Origin: Octopus vulgaris
Lineage: Eukaryota
DNA: 64,000 nt
NCBI GenBank assembly: GCA_951406725.2
Contig: OX597835.1
Coordinates: forward strand, 13,516,001-13,580,000
Direction of reading: 5' to 3'
The notes under the pieces were generated by a model that had not been told where the DNA came from, made no database searches, and saw only the letters and a list, made by a program, of their open reading frames with translations. The position numbers and the translations under genes were made by a program. Positions 14,640 to 29,425 of this stretch are shown here, piece after piece (position 1 is the stretch's first letter; each line of letters starts with the position of its first letter).

Positions 14640-14838
14640 CTTTATTTAAAGCAGCAGAAAATTCAACAAAATCTGTTACTCTGAGTTTCTCGTTGCCGTT
14701 CATCAAACAGTTTTTGCTAGAATGGAACTGATATATCAATTGATATATCGGTTCCATTCTAGCAAAAACTGTCTGATGAACGGCAACGAGAAACTCAGAG
14801 TAACAGATTTTTTGAATTTTCTGCTGCTTTAAATAAAG
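14640..14838. repeat. Spacerless ~199-bp palindrome containing a hammerhead-like motif (Penelope pLTR-like)
   Basis: Centre gatatatcaa|ttgatatatc at 14739/14740 with nearly perfect arms. Plus strand 14769-14806 reads ctgt CTGATGA a cg-gcaa-cg a GAAA ctcagag TA acag. Confidence 0.8.
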
Positions 14839-14869
14839 TATATATATATATATAGAGATGGATAGATCA

Positions 14870-15308
14870 CAGAATATGCTTGTCAGTTGTTTGACCTTAA
14901 CCAGTTGAGCCTGTCCTTTAGTGGCTGACGATATGTGCATCTCTGATCACGAGCAGAAGTAGTTGGGGAGCATCATAGCCATGTGTTGAGATGAATTCTT
15001 TGGGGGTTTGAATAATTCACCCCTAGAAACGGGTGTTTCGTTCATCATCTTTAAACGTCATCTCATTCAGAGACCTCTTGAGCGGGTGACGCTACTCGGC
15101 CTGAAGAAAATTCTGTCTAGAGCCCACTTGCAAGGTGATGCGCAGTTTATTTTGATATGAGTTTACCATATCAGGCACATATGTTTGTGATGCATGTACC
15201 TGACGTACCCTTATCAGATGGGTAATCATAATGGGTATGTTGAGCTTTGTATATTTGTACTCCAGCGCCACTTTGATGGCATGTGCTGTTCTCTCACTCA
15301 ATAATGAT
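14870..15308 (+). mobile_element. Unclassified retroelement 3' end with (AAT)n tail; second copy at ~10345-10590
   Basis: Both copies share gcaaggt.atgcgc.gtttattttgat...cccttatcaga.gggta...cactttgatggcatg...ctc.ctcAATAAT. Confidence 0.65.
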
Positions 15309-16104
15309 AATGGATTCAAATTTTCAAACAAAGCCAGTTCGGCGGTGGGATCAGTTGATTACATTGACCCCAGTGCGTAACTGATACTTATTTTATCAAC
15401 CCTGAAATGATGAAAGGCAAAGGCGACTTTGTCGGAATTTGAACGCAGAACGTAGACAGACGAAATGCCGCAATCGATAAATGGATTCAAATTTTGGCAC
15501 AAGGCCAGCAGTTTCCGATGTGGGGCGAAGTTGATTACTGTGTTTAACTAGCGCTTACTTGATGCTTCCCAAAAGCATGAAAGGCAAAGTCGCGTCCTGT
15601 GGAATTTGAACTCACATCATAAAAATGGACCAAATGCCGCAAGCATTTTTTTTTGTCCGGCGTGCTAACGATTCTACTTGAAATTTTAGGGAAAGTGGGG
15701 GCCAGTCAATGCCATTGGCTCTAGTGCTTGACAAATGCTTATTTTATTCTCCGAAAGGTAAAGTTGACCTCGGCGGTATTTGAACAGAGGTCGACTTTAG
15801 CTTTTCATCGTTTCCTTATCGATAAAACTCAATAAAATGATGCTACTTTATTGGACATACAAGAGCAACAAAAAAAGCAAAAAAAAAATAAAACAAAGCT
15901 CGCCAGAAATATTTCGGAGAGTACAAATTATAATGATGATGATAATTTTTCGTTTATTTTCCACCGGGGCAACGAATGATGGAGAGGAGGGAGGCAATGC
16001 AAAGACAGATGGATGTAAAGCGTGGAGCTTACATAAAACGGAATGATAAGAATGTACAAATATACATTGTATACAAAAATATTAACAAAATGATAATGAT
16101 AACA

Positions 16105-16710
<606 letters not shown>

Positions 16711-17082
16711 ACGGACAGTTGGATAGATAGGTCAAGCAGACAGACGGACAGGCATATAGACAGACAGATAGATGGAGCAAATAGGAAGTTTTGAGTCGGT
16801 GTTTTTGTTTTTGTATATATATATTTTTTTTCTTTTCACGTTTTAGCATTTAAAGACACCCCCCCCCCCTCTGCAGTCTGGTATTCTTTCTCCATCATCA
16901 CTTGCATCATCTCATTCTTTCAAACTATTCTTTTATTTCCTCTTTCCTTCACGTAAACTCAACAACAATATAACAGACTACACACTACACACACACATAT
17001 ATAATCTCACGCACATATATGCATAATTGTCGTTATTGTATACTTTTCTTTTTTTTGTTATTAAATATATCATTTAATACCT

Positions 17083-17314
17083 ATTTCTTTATTACCCACA
17101 AGGGGCTAAACACAGAGGGGACAAACAAGGACAGACATAGGTATTAAGTCGATTACATCGACGCCAGTGCGTAACTGGTACTTAATTTATCGACCCCGAA
17201 AGGATGAAAGGCAAAGTCGACCTCGGCGGAATTTGAACTCAGGACGTAACGGCAGACGAAATACCGCTAAGCATTTCGCCCGGCGTGCTAACGTTTCTGC
17301 CAGCTCGCCGCCTT
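17083..17314 (-). mobile_element. SINE family B with 18-bp target-site duplication
   Basis: ATATATCATTTAATACCT at 17065-17082 and 17315-17332; B-box GAGTTCAAATTCC on the minus strand. Confidence 0.9.
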
Positions 17315-17615
17315 ATATATCATTTAATACCTGAGAGCTATCACACAATAATAATTTCATTTACAAATCCTCGTGTCCTATGTCCGTCTTTGTATTGCAC
17401 CCCATCTATCACCACGTCATTCGTCGTTCTCGTGGCAAATAAGAGGACTCATTTATTAACATTCACAGTATTACAATTCTGAGTTCAAATTCCGCTGAGG
17501 TCGACTTTGCCTTTCATCCTTTCTAGGTCGATGAATTAAGTACCAGTGAAACACAAGGGTCGATGTAATCCTCAACCTAAAATTTCAGGCTTTCTGCCTT
17601 TAGTAGAAAGGATTA

Positions 17616-17661
<46 letters not shown>

Positions 17662-20454
17662 TATTTTTATTATTATTATTACTATTATTATTATTATTGT
17701 CATTATTATTATTATTATTACTATTATTATTATTATTATTATTATTGTCATTATTATTTTTATTATTATTACTATTATTATTATTATTATTATTGTCATT
17801 ATCATTATTTTTATTATTATTATTATTTTTTAATTTTAATTTTATCCCCCCTTTTTGTCCTCTTTCTTTCCTTTTACGATCCCTTTTGATCGAAAACCAA
17901 ACCCCCTTTTTTTACCCCCCCCCCAAGAAAAGCTCTACCTTGTAATCTGTCCTGTCTGTGTGCAGCCCTGTATGGCTAATAAAGAAACATATTATTATTA
18001 TTATTATTAAAAGGTGGCGAGCTGGCAGAATCGTTAGCGCGCCGGACAAAATACTTAATGGCACTTCGTCCGTCTTTACGTTCTGCGTTCAAGTCCCGCT
18101 GAGGTCGCCTTTGCCTTTCAACCTTGGGTGTCAATAAAATAAGTGAATTTGCTCGACTCGTCTGACTACCCGAGTCCTTCCAGATTTAAAGCTCTTTACT
18201 CATTCTTACATTTCTTCTCGCCCATCCCACCTTGGGTGGATTTTTGCTTTTTTCTTTCCTTGTAACATTCTTCCGCTCCTCCTCTTCTAATCTCTATTGT
18301 TTTTTCTCCACTCCATAAACTCTCACTCCAGCGTATTCCATCCACACTCACTCACACACACACACACACTCTCTCTCTCTTTCACTCGCTCATTCATTCT
18401 CCTCTTTCTTTCAATCTCTCTCTCTCTCTTTCCACCAACTCTGTCCATTGTTTCGTTCGTCGGTCACGTTTTGTCTGTGACCACCCCTGCAGTGTGGATA
18501 TTATGTTTGACAGATTTATTAGTGTGTGTGTGTGTGTCTGTGTTTGTTGGAGGTTTAGCTAATGCTGTTTTTTTTTTCTTTTTTTTTTTTTTTTTGAAGT
18601 TTTGAGCAAAGCATGAATACCACCACATCGCCTTAACGTGCCTCACGATTTCTGTTCCGGAACATCAGCTTCGAAGCCTGGTGATTTGTTACGAAATCCT
18701 TGTTATTCTCGCAGTGTACGTGTGTGCGTTGTGCCTGCCTGCATGTGTGTGTGTATGTATGTAAACATACGCAAACACACCTTTGTGCCTATGTATATAT
18801 ATATATATATATATACACATTAACACACACATATATACTCACACATAACCAGCGTATACGTACACATACATAAATGTGTCGATAGAGCGCGTGTATAACA
18901 TTTTTAATGCATATTTGTATACCTATGTTGTTTATCTAACTCTATCTCTCGGTGTATATATATATATATATATATTAAATATATATGTGTGTGTGTGTGG
19001 TACGTACCCCTGATAGAAGCCAGTAAAAAGTATATATATATCTATACAAACCTCACATAATATGCTCTTTTGCTTTCCGTCCCACATCGTACCTCACGGC
19101 CGAGATATCTCATTCATAGATTCACTATCACCACTACCACCTCCGGTCACGACTGCCGCCACCACCACCACCACCACCTACTTTACTGGATCTGCCCCAC
19201 CACTCCCCGACCGTATTGTGCTCGCGCTATTTCATTCAGTCTCTCCAGTGGGGGAGGCTCTCTTTCTTCCTGTCTCTCTCTCTCTTTCTCTTTCTTTCTC
19301 TGATAAGCTCTGAAGACTCCAAACGATATATTTATAAATGTATTTCACCTCACTGTTACCTCCACCACCTTCCGACTATTGGTCCTTCCCGTCGTCGGTG
19401 GTCAGTGCAGGTCAAAGAAACGAGTGTAACCATCGAACAGACAGACCGCTCTTAGCCGCACCCACCAAGAAGTTCATACACACACAAACACACATACATA
19501 CATATATATATATATACACTCACTCACACATTCACACATAATGCTGCCCGCTGTAAACATGTAAAGTACCCCGTGTACCGAGATCGATGTCCACGCCGCA
19601 CCTCAACACATCACCGCCTTTCATTCATAATAGGAGCCGCTGTGGCCTTCAACTAGTTGCTGTCGATAAATAATGTCACTCTTTGCTCTGCTGTCATACC
19701 GATGTTCGGCCTACCCGGGGTATGTATATCGCTCTACATGCAGTTTCTTTTTAAGTTTTATACTCCGTTTGTTCTGTTTTTCTTTTTCTTTTTCTATACT
19801 CTCGTCCGATCTCTGTACTAAACTCCACTCGTACCTAAACTCAACTCATCATCGCGACTGGCTTTTTCGGTTGAGTTCTATTTCCTTTTACGCCTCGTCC
19901 TTAATATCTGTGCCTTCTTTTCGCCTTCCTCTGTCGTTCTTCCTAAATTTTCTCTCCTTCACATCCCGTTTTTCGTCTCTTCCCACCGTCGTTCCACCCT
20001 TTATCTTCCTTCACACACACACACACACTCTGTCTCTCTCTCTCTCAACCATCCAGCATCACAACAGTACCCGAAAACTTCCCTGTAACTGTCAAATGCT
20101 CTGACCACACCTCACCTCATTCTATATCTCTCTCTCTCTCACCTCATTCTCTCTCTCTCTCTCTCTACAACACGACGGGCACTGGTGGCTCTGTTCACAC
20201 TCGGTGTGTTTTCTGTCCTCTACGTTCGTTCCTGCTGCTGCTTTTCACATTGTCAGTCGGTCAAAATAGTCTGCCTTCATCACTCATTTAACACCCATCC
20301 GGCTTCCATTCTTCGCCTTCTTTCCTTCTTCAAACAGCAATGTTCAACTCCGCGGTTTGTAGACGTTTTGTTCATTTCCGCCTTCAGTGCGAATATATGT
20401 CGATGCATGTCTGCGTGTGTATAAAGAACTCTGTATATATGTCTATGTAATGTT

Positions 20455-20493
<39 letters not shown>

Positions 20494-20789
20494 GTCTGTC
20501 TATATGTACGTTTGTGTTATATGTCTCTCTCTCTCTCACTCTATACACGCATGTGTTTATCTGTGTATACACCCATGTCTGTCTAGTGTGCTTCTCCTTC
20601 GGTTTTATGTACAAACGATATATATATACATATATAGTTGTTGTGTGTGTGTGTATATATATATATGTGTTTGTTTGTGTGTGTATATGTTGTATATAAA
20701 TATCTATTTGTGTGTATGTATGATTATATATATGCAGGTTTATGTGTTTAAATATGTATGTCTATGTACATATGTTCGTATTTCTGTGT

Positions 20790-20834
20790 GTATATACATA
20801 TATATATATGTGTGTGTATGTATGTATGCATGCA

Positions 20835-20879
<45 letters not shown>

Positions 20880-20884
20880 GTATG

Positions 20885-20917
<33 letters not shown>

Positions 20918-20958
20918 GTATATATATATATATGTATGTATGTATATATGTATGTATG

Positions 20959-20992
<34 letters not shown>

Positions 20993-21182
20993 TATATGTA
21001 TATATGTATGTATGTGTATGTATGTATGTGTATGTATGTATGTGTATATATGTATGTGTATATATGTATGTGTATATATGTATGTATGTATATGTATGTA
21101 TGTATATGTATGTATGTATATATATATGTATGTATATATATATGTATGTATGTATATATGTATGTATGTATATATATGTATG

Positions 21183-21221
<39 letters not shown>

Positions 21222-21462
21222 TTTATTAATATTTAACGGAAGCAATAGAGTGAGTCAAGGGCCGAGAGTTTCATGTGTTAAAAGCACTTATCAAACGAAT
21301 GCACGAAACTTTCAGTCCTTGAGTCACTCCGTCGCTTTTGCTAAATATTGTTAAAACTATATATATCTGTATATATATATATATGTTAACAGTTCTATTT
21401 TTCCTATTTGCAATACCAAACACACACATATATATATATATACAATATATATACACAGACAA

Positions 21463-21507
<45 letters not shown>

Positions 21508-21583
21508 CAAAACAAATATATATATATATATATATATACACACAGACAAACACATATATATATATATATATACACAGACACAC

Positions 21584-21660
<77 letters not shown>

Positions 21661-21990
21661 CAAACACACACACACACATATATATATAGACAAACACACA
21701 CACACATATATATATATATAGACAAACACACACACACATATATATATATATAGACAAACACACACACACACATATATATATAGACAAACACACACACATA
21801 TATATATATAGACAAACACACACACATATATATATATAGACAAACACACACACATATATATAGACAACACACACACACACATTATATATAGACAAACACA
21901 CACACATATATATAGACAACACACACACACACATATATATATATATAGACAACACACACACACATATATATATATACAGACAAACACACA
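20790..21990. repeat. (TA)/(TATG) tract plus (TA)n-GACAAA-(CA)n compound repeat
   Basis: Direct inspection; the two tracts are separated by ~150 bp of non-repetitive sequence. Confidence 0.88.
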
Positions 21991-22412
21991 AATTTATATA
22001 TATATATGTATATGGGAGTGTTCGTGTGTCTGTATATGTATGTATAATTTCAGTATGTCTATGTGTGGATGCATGTATAAATGTGTGTGTGTGTGTGTGT
22101 GTGTGTGTGTCACTCGTCTCGTACACACGTGTATGTTTTTCTCAGTGCATGCCTACCAGTGTGTGTGTGTGTTTGTGCTGGCTTGAGTGTGCGTGCGTGA
22201 GTGAGTGAGTGAGTGCGTGTGAAGGACAATTTCATTCACAAAGCTGGTATGCTTCTTTGTTTATGAATGATGAATGCCTGCGTAACTCACCGTAACGAAG
22301 TTGAAAACCACTTCATAATAATAATAAGCAAAATAATCACGCCTTATTATACTATTATATCCCGAAAAGAAGAGAGAGAAAAAAAAAGCGTTTAATTTCT
22401 AATCTCTTTTTA

Positions 22413-22960
22413 GACATATCTACACATGTTTGACTTATCCACTGACTTTATTTCCTAATAACTTTCACAAAAATGGGAATTTTTTAGTGAAATTTCCTAC
22501 ATATACTTTCAAGAGTGTGTGAATTACGACGATTGTATCAGAATTTGATGTGAAAACGAAAATACTGAACACTCACACATACATACATACTGTGACATAT
22601 CACAATTTTTTCGTTTTGTACATATGTGATGTGTGCGAGTTAATTAGTTTTGTTTTTCATATTAACTCCCAATATAATCGTTAACTACATACTCTGAAAG
22701 ATACCTGATGAAAATTTCATTTAAAAAAATCACACATTTTTTCTGAAAGTTATGAGGAAACAAAGGCGACTCATAGGAATTTTCTGAAACTCTTAACCCC
22801 ACCCACACTCGCAAATTTTTTTTTGGTTTCTACAAATTCCGATATAATCGGAATCTACACCTTCTGAGGCGTATTTGTAGGAAATTTCATCAAAGAATAT
22901 TCATTTTTCTGGAAGTTATGAGGTAACGAATCCGGTGGGGTACACAAATGGAGATATGCC
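22413..22960. mobile_element. Old MITE-like element with long imperfect inverted repeats
   Basis: 22440-22547 (ataactttcacaaaaatg...gaaatttcctacatatac...tatcagaatttg) is inverted at 22833-22930, with a further copy at ~22660-22760. Confidence 0.6.
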
Positions 22961-23408
22961 CAATACATTTGGTCTCTATTTTCTAAGAAAATATAAAGAA
23001 AAATAACATCAAAATTAGAGTTTCTTGTGACAACGATATAAAATGGTAAAAATAAACTGAAATATTCAAACTTAATTCCTTAATTGTATTTTACCATCCT
23101 TTATTGTCGTGTCAAGGAGAACCCGGAATATTCGTGTGTCTACATTTAATTAAGATTGCTATTTCATCAGCTCAGATACCTCGACTTACCTCGAATACAA
23201 AACATTTTGCAGTTTATGAGGAAGAATACGGAAAGATTGTTATGAAAATATCTTAACTATTTTGGCCACACGCATTCATATATACAAATGATCACACACA
23301 CGCGTATGCACATGTATGTATGTGTATATATATATATATTGATAAAACGGTAAGATAACAAAAGAAAGAAAAATTTCCTCTATTTACATAATATTGAGGT
23401 CTTTATCT

Positions 23409-23443
<35 letters not shown>

Positions 23444-23900
23444 GACACACCCACCCACATGGGGCATTCTTTTATTTTGTATTTATCATTGAATAACAGC
23501 CTAATTAATTTAATGCTTAATTTAAATTTATTTGATTTCTGGGCTGCAACAATAACAATATGAGAAGTATTTTGAAAAAGTGTCGATGATGCAGGTTCGT
23601 TTCTTGGTGAACCCGGAGCAGGAAGGAGGACTTTGCTCCACGCCGCTTGTCTTCACATGTTTCCACATATTTACATTTACCATTTGTATTGCTCTTTGAT
23701 CTCTCTCTCTCTCCCTCCCTCCCTCCCTCTCACACACACATTTCACCCATGAACCCCCTCCTCTCTCTCTCTCTCTCTCTCTCTCATTCCTCTATATACA
23801 CGAATGTAAATGTGTTTGTTTATATATGAGCGAGATAATGTGTGCGGGTGTATACGTTTAAGTGGGCATAAATATTACTTCGGTATTGCATCTGTCTCTA

Positions 23901-23939
<39 letters not shown>

Positions 23940-24059
23940 CATGTATATATATATATAGAGAGAGAGAGAGAATAGACAAGCAAAACGTGATATCACAACG
24001 GCCTTTAATTTATAATTTAAACTTATTGCAGAGTAGTTGTAGTAACACAACTACATATA

Positions 24060-24683
24060 TACATACATACATACATACATACATACATACATACATACAT
24101 ACATACATACATACATACATACATACATACATACATACATACATACATACATACATACATACATACATACATACATACATACATACATACATACATACAT
24201 ACATACATACATACATACATACATACATACATACATACATACATACATACATACATACATACATACATACATACATACATACATACATACATACATACAT
24301 ACATACATACATACATACATACATACATACATACATACATACATACATACATACATACATACATACATACATACATACATACATACATACATACATACAT
24401 ACATACATACATACATACATACATACATACATACATACATACATACATACATACATACATACATACATACATACATACATACATACATACATACATACAT
24501 ACATACATACATACATACATACATACATACATACATACATACATACATACATACATACATACATACATACATACATACATACATACATACATACATACAT
24601 ACATACATACATACATACATACATACATACATACATACATACATACATACATACATACATACATACATACATACATACATACA

Positions 24684-24713
<30 letters not shown>
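24060..24713. repeat. Perfect (ACAT)n microsatellite, ~650 bp
   Basis: Uninterrupted 4-nt period. Confidence 0.97.
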
Positions 24714-24719
<6 letters not shown>

Positions 24720-25466
24720 TGCACGCATATATATATATATTTGTGTGTGTGTTTGTATAAACTTCAGTGACAGATTACTATAATACAGAAAATCTTTCTC
24801 TCTCTGTATCTATCTATCTACCTACATGCAGCCATCCACACAGACACACGACACAGAGAAATAGAATTTTGTTCCTTCATTCTTGCAGCTGAGTATGAAA
24901 ACGAAATTAGCGCATTATGTATGTGTGTACATATGAATGCTTACCCCCACCCCTCTCCTTTCACGCTCTCTCTCTCTCATAGCGTGTGTATATGTGTATA
25001 AAAAAGTGTGTATATGGAGAAGTATGATTGGTTTTATAATGGCCGGAAAAGAATTGAACATTTAAAACAGTGTATATGATGTTTTAATAACTCAAATTGC
25101 AAACAGAGTGACTCGGGGGGCACAGTGTGTCGTGCTTGGGGGGGGCAATACTTTCGTGCCAAGGCACTTTGACAGAATAAGTTTGGTAAGTGCCTTGATA
25201 TAGCAACACGGCACTCGATTCCTTTGAGTCGAGCCTGTAGCAATTTCAGCTTATGAAATATTTGGGGCTTGATCATCCTTGGTTGCGTCAACTGGAAGTG
25301 GCTGGTTTTGAACGTCCAATAATGGCTTAACTGACCGGAACTTCGAAGTCCCTGTCAATACCATTCTAGTTTAAGAATAATTAATTAGTAATAACCCATC
25401 AGATTAACGTAAAATTGTTTTAATTATAATTGAGCATAACAACAAAATACACATACACATATATAC

Positions 25467-26400
25467 AAGATGTGTTCAAAAGAATACCTGACTTGGTTTT
25501 TTTCCCAACCAAAACTAATATATGGACAAAATCCTTCAGGTGGAAGGTGATGCCACCCTTCCTGTGCAGGCGTGAGAACTTTTGAAGCTGGTAGGCCCTA
25601 TCAGTTCTTGACTATTATGCCTAGAGCAGTGCTTTTCAAACTTTTTGCTGGAGCAGAACCCCAAGGAAATATTCCACTGGCTCGGAGAACCCCTGTGCAA
25701 TAATTTTATAGTCTTATGCACACATATCAGCACAGGAGAATTAAAAATTACTGCCGATTTTAGCAGTTTTGTAACTTCTTGCGGAACCCTAAGGTTCCGC
25801 CGAACCCTGGTTGAAAACCACTGGCCTAGAGTATAGACCTGTACTGCATGTTTGTCGGATTTTCGTTTTCAGGCAAGATGACAGAACACATGAAGCTGAG
25901 GCCATGAACCCATGTCTCATCACCAGTGATGAAGCTCTTCATGAAGTCTGGGTCGTGGTTTGCAGAGCCTGGCATGCCCTGAGCAATTTTCTTGTGGAGT
26001 TGCTTCTACTGCTCCACCAGCACCTTAGGGACAAATTTCACCAACATTCTCTATCTGCACAAATCTTCCATTAAACTGGAATGCACTGGTCCTGCACTAA
26101 TTCCTACTTTGTGACCAATTTCCTGGTTTGTTACATGACAGTCTTCCATGACTCTTTGTCAAACCTTCTCAATCAGTTCCTTATTTTGGTTTGTGGATGG
26201 TCTGCCTGAGCATGCCTCACTCCACACTTAGGTGCCGCCACGTTTGAAATTGTTATACAATTTCTTGGGCTTAGTTTTGTCCATGGCATTCTCACCAAAG
26301 GCCTGCTGAATCTTCTGGATGGTTTTAGCTTGAGAATTATCAAACTTTTGGCAAAACTTCCTTCAATATCTCTGCTCAATATGTTTGAAACCAAAATTCC
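25467..26400 (-). mobile_element. Mariner transposon remnant (decayed transposase)
   Basis: Minus-strand motifs KFCQKFDNSQAKTIQKIQQAFGENAM (N-terminal HTH), VKFVPKVL (WVPHEL-like) and DPDFMKSFITGDETWVH (first catalytic D). Stops and frameshifts are present. Confidence 0.85.
25627..25823. mobile_element. hAT (Charlie-like) MITE nested in the mariner remnant
   Basis: TIRs CAGTGCTTTTCAA / TTGAAAACCACTG; 8-bp TSD GCCTAGAG at 25619-25626 and 25824-25831. Confidence 0.9.
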
Positions 26401-26899
26401 AATGAGCGTGCACTACACGCAAGGTGCTGTGCAGTAGGATTGAACCTGGAACCATGTGGTGGGGAAGCATGACTCTCCATTGGTAGACGATGTGTCAGCG
26501 TTCTGTAATTTCTTGCTTAACAACCTTGGCAGATGGTTCGTTTATAGTGCTTCAATGTTTTGTGTCGCCAGGAACAGGCATACCCTACTGGTGCAAAAAT
26601 TTTTACATATGTGCCTGAAGTGTGGCTTCACCTACCACACAAATGATTTTGCCCACATGGTGTTAGCCTTCACTTATTTTAGTCAATAGACAAGAATATG
26701 TCTGGCCAAAGGGGTAAATTACTTTGCTTGTAAACAGGCGAGGCCTGGCAGCAGTAAAGGCATCTAGCTGTAGGAAATCTGTTTCATCAAAATTCTGCAT
26801 GACCTATGCTAGCACGGAGAAGATGTTAAAAAGATGATGATGATACACATACATATTTGTTGCTTAATATGTATGTGTGTATGCCTGTGTGTGTGTGTT

Positions 26900-27338
26900 C
26901 TTTTACTCATTTACTTGCTTCAGTCATTTGACTGTGGTCATGCTGGAGCACCACCTTGGAAGGTTTTTCATTTTAAAGAAATCAACCCCAGGATTTATTC
27001 TTTGTAAGCCTAGTACTTATTCTATTGGACTCTTTTGGTGAACCACTAAGTTACAAGGATGTAAACACATCAATACCAGTTGTCAAACAATGGTGGGTAA
27101 ACATATAATGTGTATTTGTGTGTGTGTATATATTCTACTCTTTTACTTGTTTCAGTCATTTGACTGCGGCCATGCTGGAGCACCGCCTTTAGTTGAGCAA
27201 ATCGACTCCCACAATTTATTCTTTGTAAGCCTAGTACTTATTCTATCGGTCGAACTGCTAAGTTACAGGGACGTAAATACACCAGCATCAGTCGTCAAGC
27301 AATGTTGGTGGGACAAACAGACACACAAACATATACAC

Positions 27339-27394
<56 letters not shown>

Positions 27395-28015
27395 GACGGG
27401 CTTCTTTCAGTTTCCCTCTACCAAATCCACTCATAAGGCTTTAGTCAGCCCGAGGCTATAGCAGAAGATACTTGCCCAAGATGCCACACAATGGGAATGA
27501 ACCCAGAACCATGTGGTTGGTAAGCAAGCTACTTACCACAGCCACTCCTGTGCCCGTCGTATGTGTATATATATATATATATAGTGTGTATATATTAAAA
27601 ATGTGAAGGTGCATAGCTTAGTGGTCATGGCATTGCAATTGCGAGATCGTTTTGATTCACAGACCAGGTGTTGTGTTGCGTTTTTGAGCAAAACACTTCA
27701 GTTTATATTCTTTCAACATCTGATGCACAGCAGACATGTGCACCTGTACAGGTAATGTCGTTCTGATGGAGGGAGGGAGCTTATGGCGACACAAAACATT
27801 GAAGCACTATTAGCGAATCATCTGCCTAGGTTGTGAAGCCAGAAATTACAGAACACTGACACATCGTCTACCAATGGAGAGTCATGCTTCCTCACCACAT
27901 GGTTCCAGGTTCAATCCTACTGCACAGCACCTTGCTTAAGAGTTTCTACTATAGCCTTCAGCCGACCAAAGCTTTGTGAGTGGATTTGGTAGACAGAAAC
28001 TGAAAGAAGCCTGCA

Positions 28016-28060
<45 letters not shown>

Positions 28061-28270
28061 CGTGTGTGTCTGTGTTTGTCCCCCAGCATTGCTTGAGAAC
28101 TGATGCTGGCGTGTTTATGTCCCTGTTACTTAGCAGTTTGGCAAAAGAGACCGATAGGATAGGTACTGGGCTTACAAAAGAATAAGTCCCGGGGTTGAGT
28201 TGCTCGATTAAAGGCGGTGCTCCAGCATGGCCGCAGCCAAATGACTGAAACAAGTAAAAGAGTAAAGAGT
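26900..28270. mobile_element. Cluster of SINE A copies (minus 26900-27100 and 27135-27555; plus ~27890-28270) with a fragment of another tRNA-SINE at ~27605-27880
   Basis: Recurrent SINE A segments (cagtcatttgactgcggccatgctggagcacc; ggatttggtagac). Confidence 0.8.
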
Positions 28271-29084
28271 ATATATCGTGTATGTGTGTGGTTTCATATA
28301 TTTGCTCGTGTCCTTTATCATACAGCCAAATACTTGTGAACGCAACGAGCAGGGTAGCTGTAATCACATCAGCCAACTCCCGAGTCAAATCAGGATGATG
28401 TTACGCGTTGCCCGGGGCCACAGCAGATAACTAAATAAGCAAGAGTGAGGTGTATGGATAAATATAGCCACTGCCATATTTGCTAACACATTGCCGCTAT
28501 GTTTCCCATTCTCCATGAGGTACTGAATGTTTTATCAGCAGAGATAAGTTAACTCCTTTAAATATCTTTATATTTGCTTTAGATCAGCTGGAAGTAAATT
28601 TTGCTCATCTTCCCCCCCCTTTTTTTTTTACCCCTTTTTATCGCACAAGAATTTCGCTGTCGGCAGGTTTGTCCCTTAATCTCTCTTTCGTTCTTGTTTG
28701 TTTGGGAGAAATGCCTTATATATATATGTGTGTGTGTATGTGCATATATATGTGTGTGTGTGTGTGTGCATATATATGTGTGTGTGTGTGTGCATATATA
28801 TATGTGTGTGTGTGTGTGCATATATATATGTGTGTGTGTGTGCATATATATATATATATGCATATATATATATGTATGTATATATATATTTTTTTTCTTT
28901 TTACTGTAGATGTTTGTTCCTTTCATTCTGTGTGTGTGTGGATGGATGGATGCTTGTAGATATGTACATAAGATTTGTACATTTAGACATATGTGCAAAC
29001 AGATAGATTATATATACATACATATACATATATAATATATATGTGTATGTATTATATATATATATATATGCACATACAGAGGTG

Positions 29085-29425
29085 CGGGCATGGCTGTGTG
29101 GTAAAAAGTTGGCTTCCCAACTATATGGTTCCAGGTTCAGTCCCACTGTGTGGCACCTTGGGCAAGTGTCTTTTACTATGTTCTCGGACCGACCAAAGCC
29201 TTATCAGTGGATTTGGTAGACGGAAACTGAAAGAAGCCAGTCATCACCATCACTTGACTACTGATGCTGGTGTGTTTACGTCTGCCATAACATAGCGGTT
29301 CAGCAAGGAGACTGATGGAATAAGTACCAGGCTTAAGTCCAAAGGTTAATTTCTTCGACTGAAAAGGCAGTGCTCCAGCATGGCCACAGTCAAGATGACT
29401 CAAACAAGTAAAAGAATAAAAGAAT
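29085..29425 (+). mobile_element. SINE family A
   Basis: Head ggcatggctgtgtggtaa through tail aaacaagtaaaagaataaaagaa. Confidence 0.8.
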
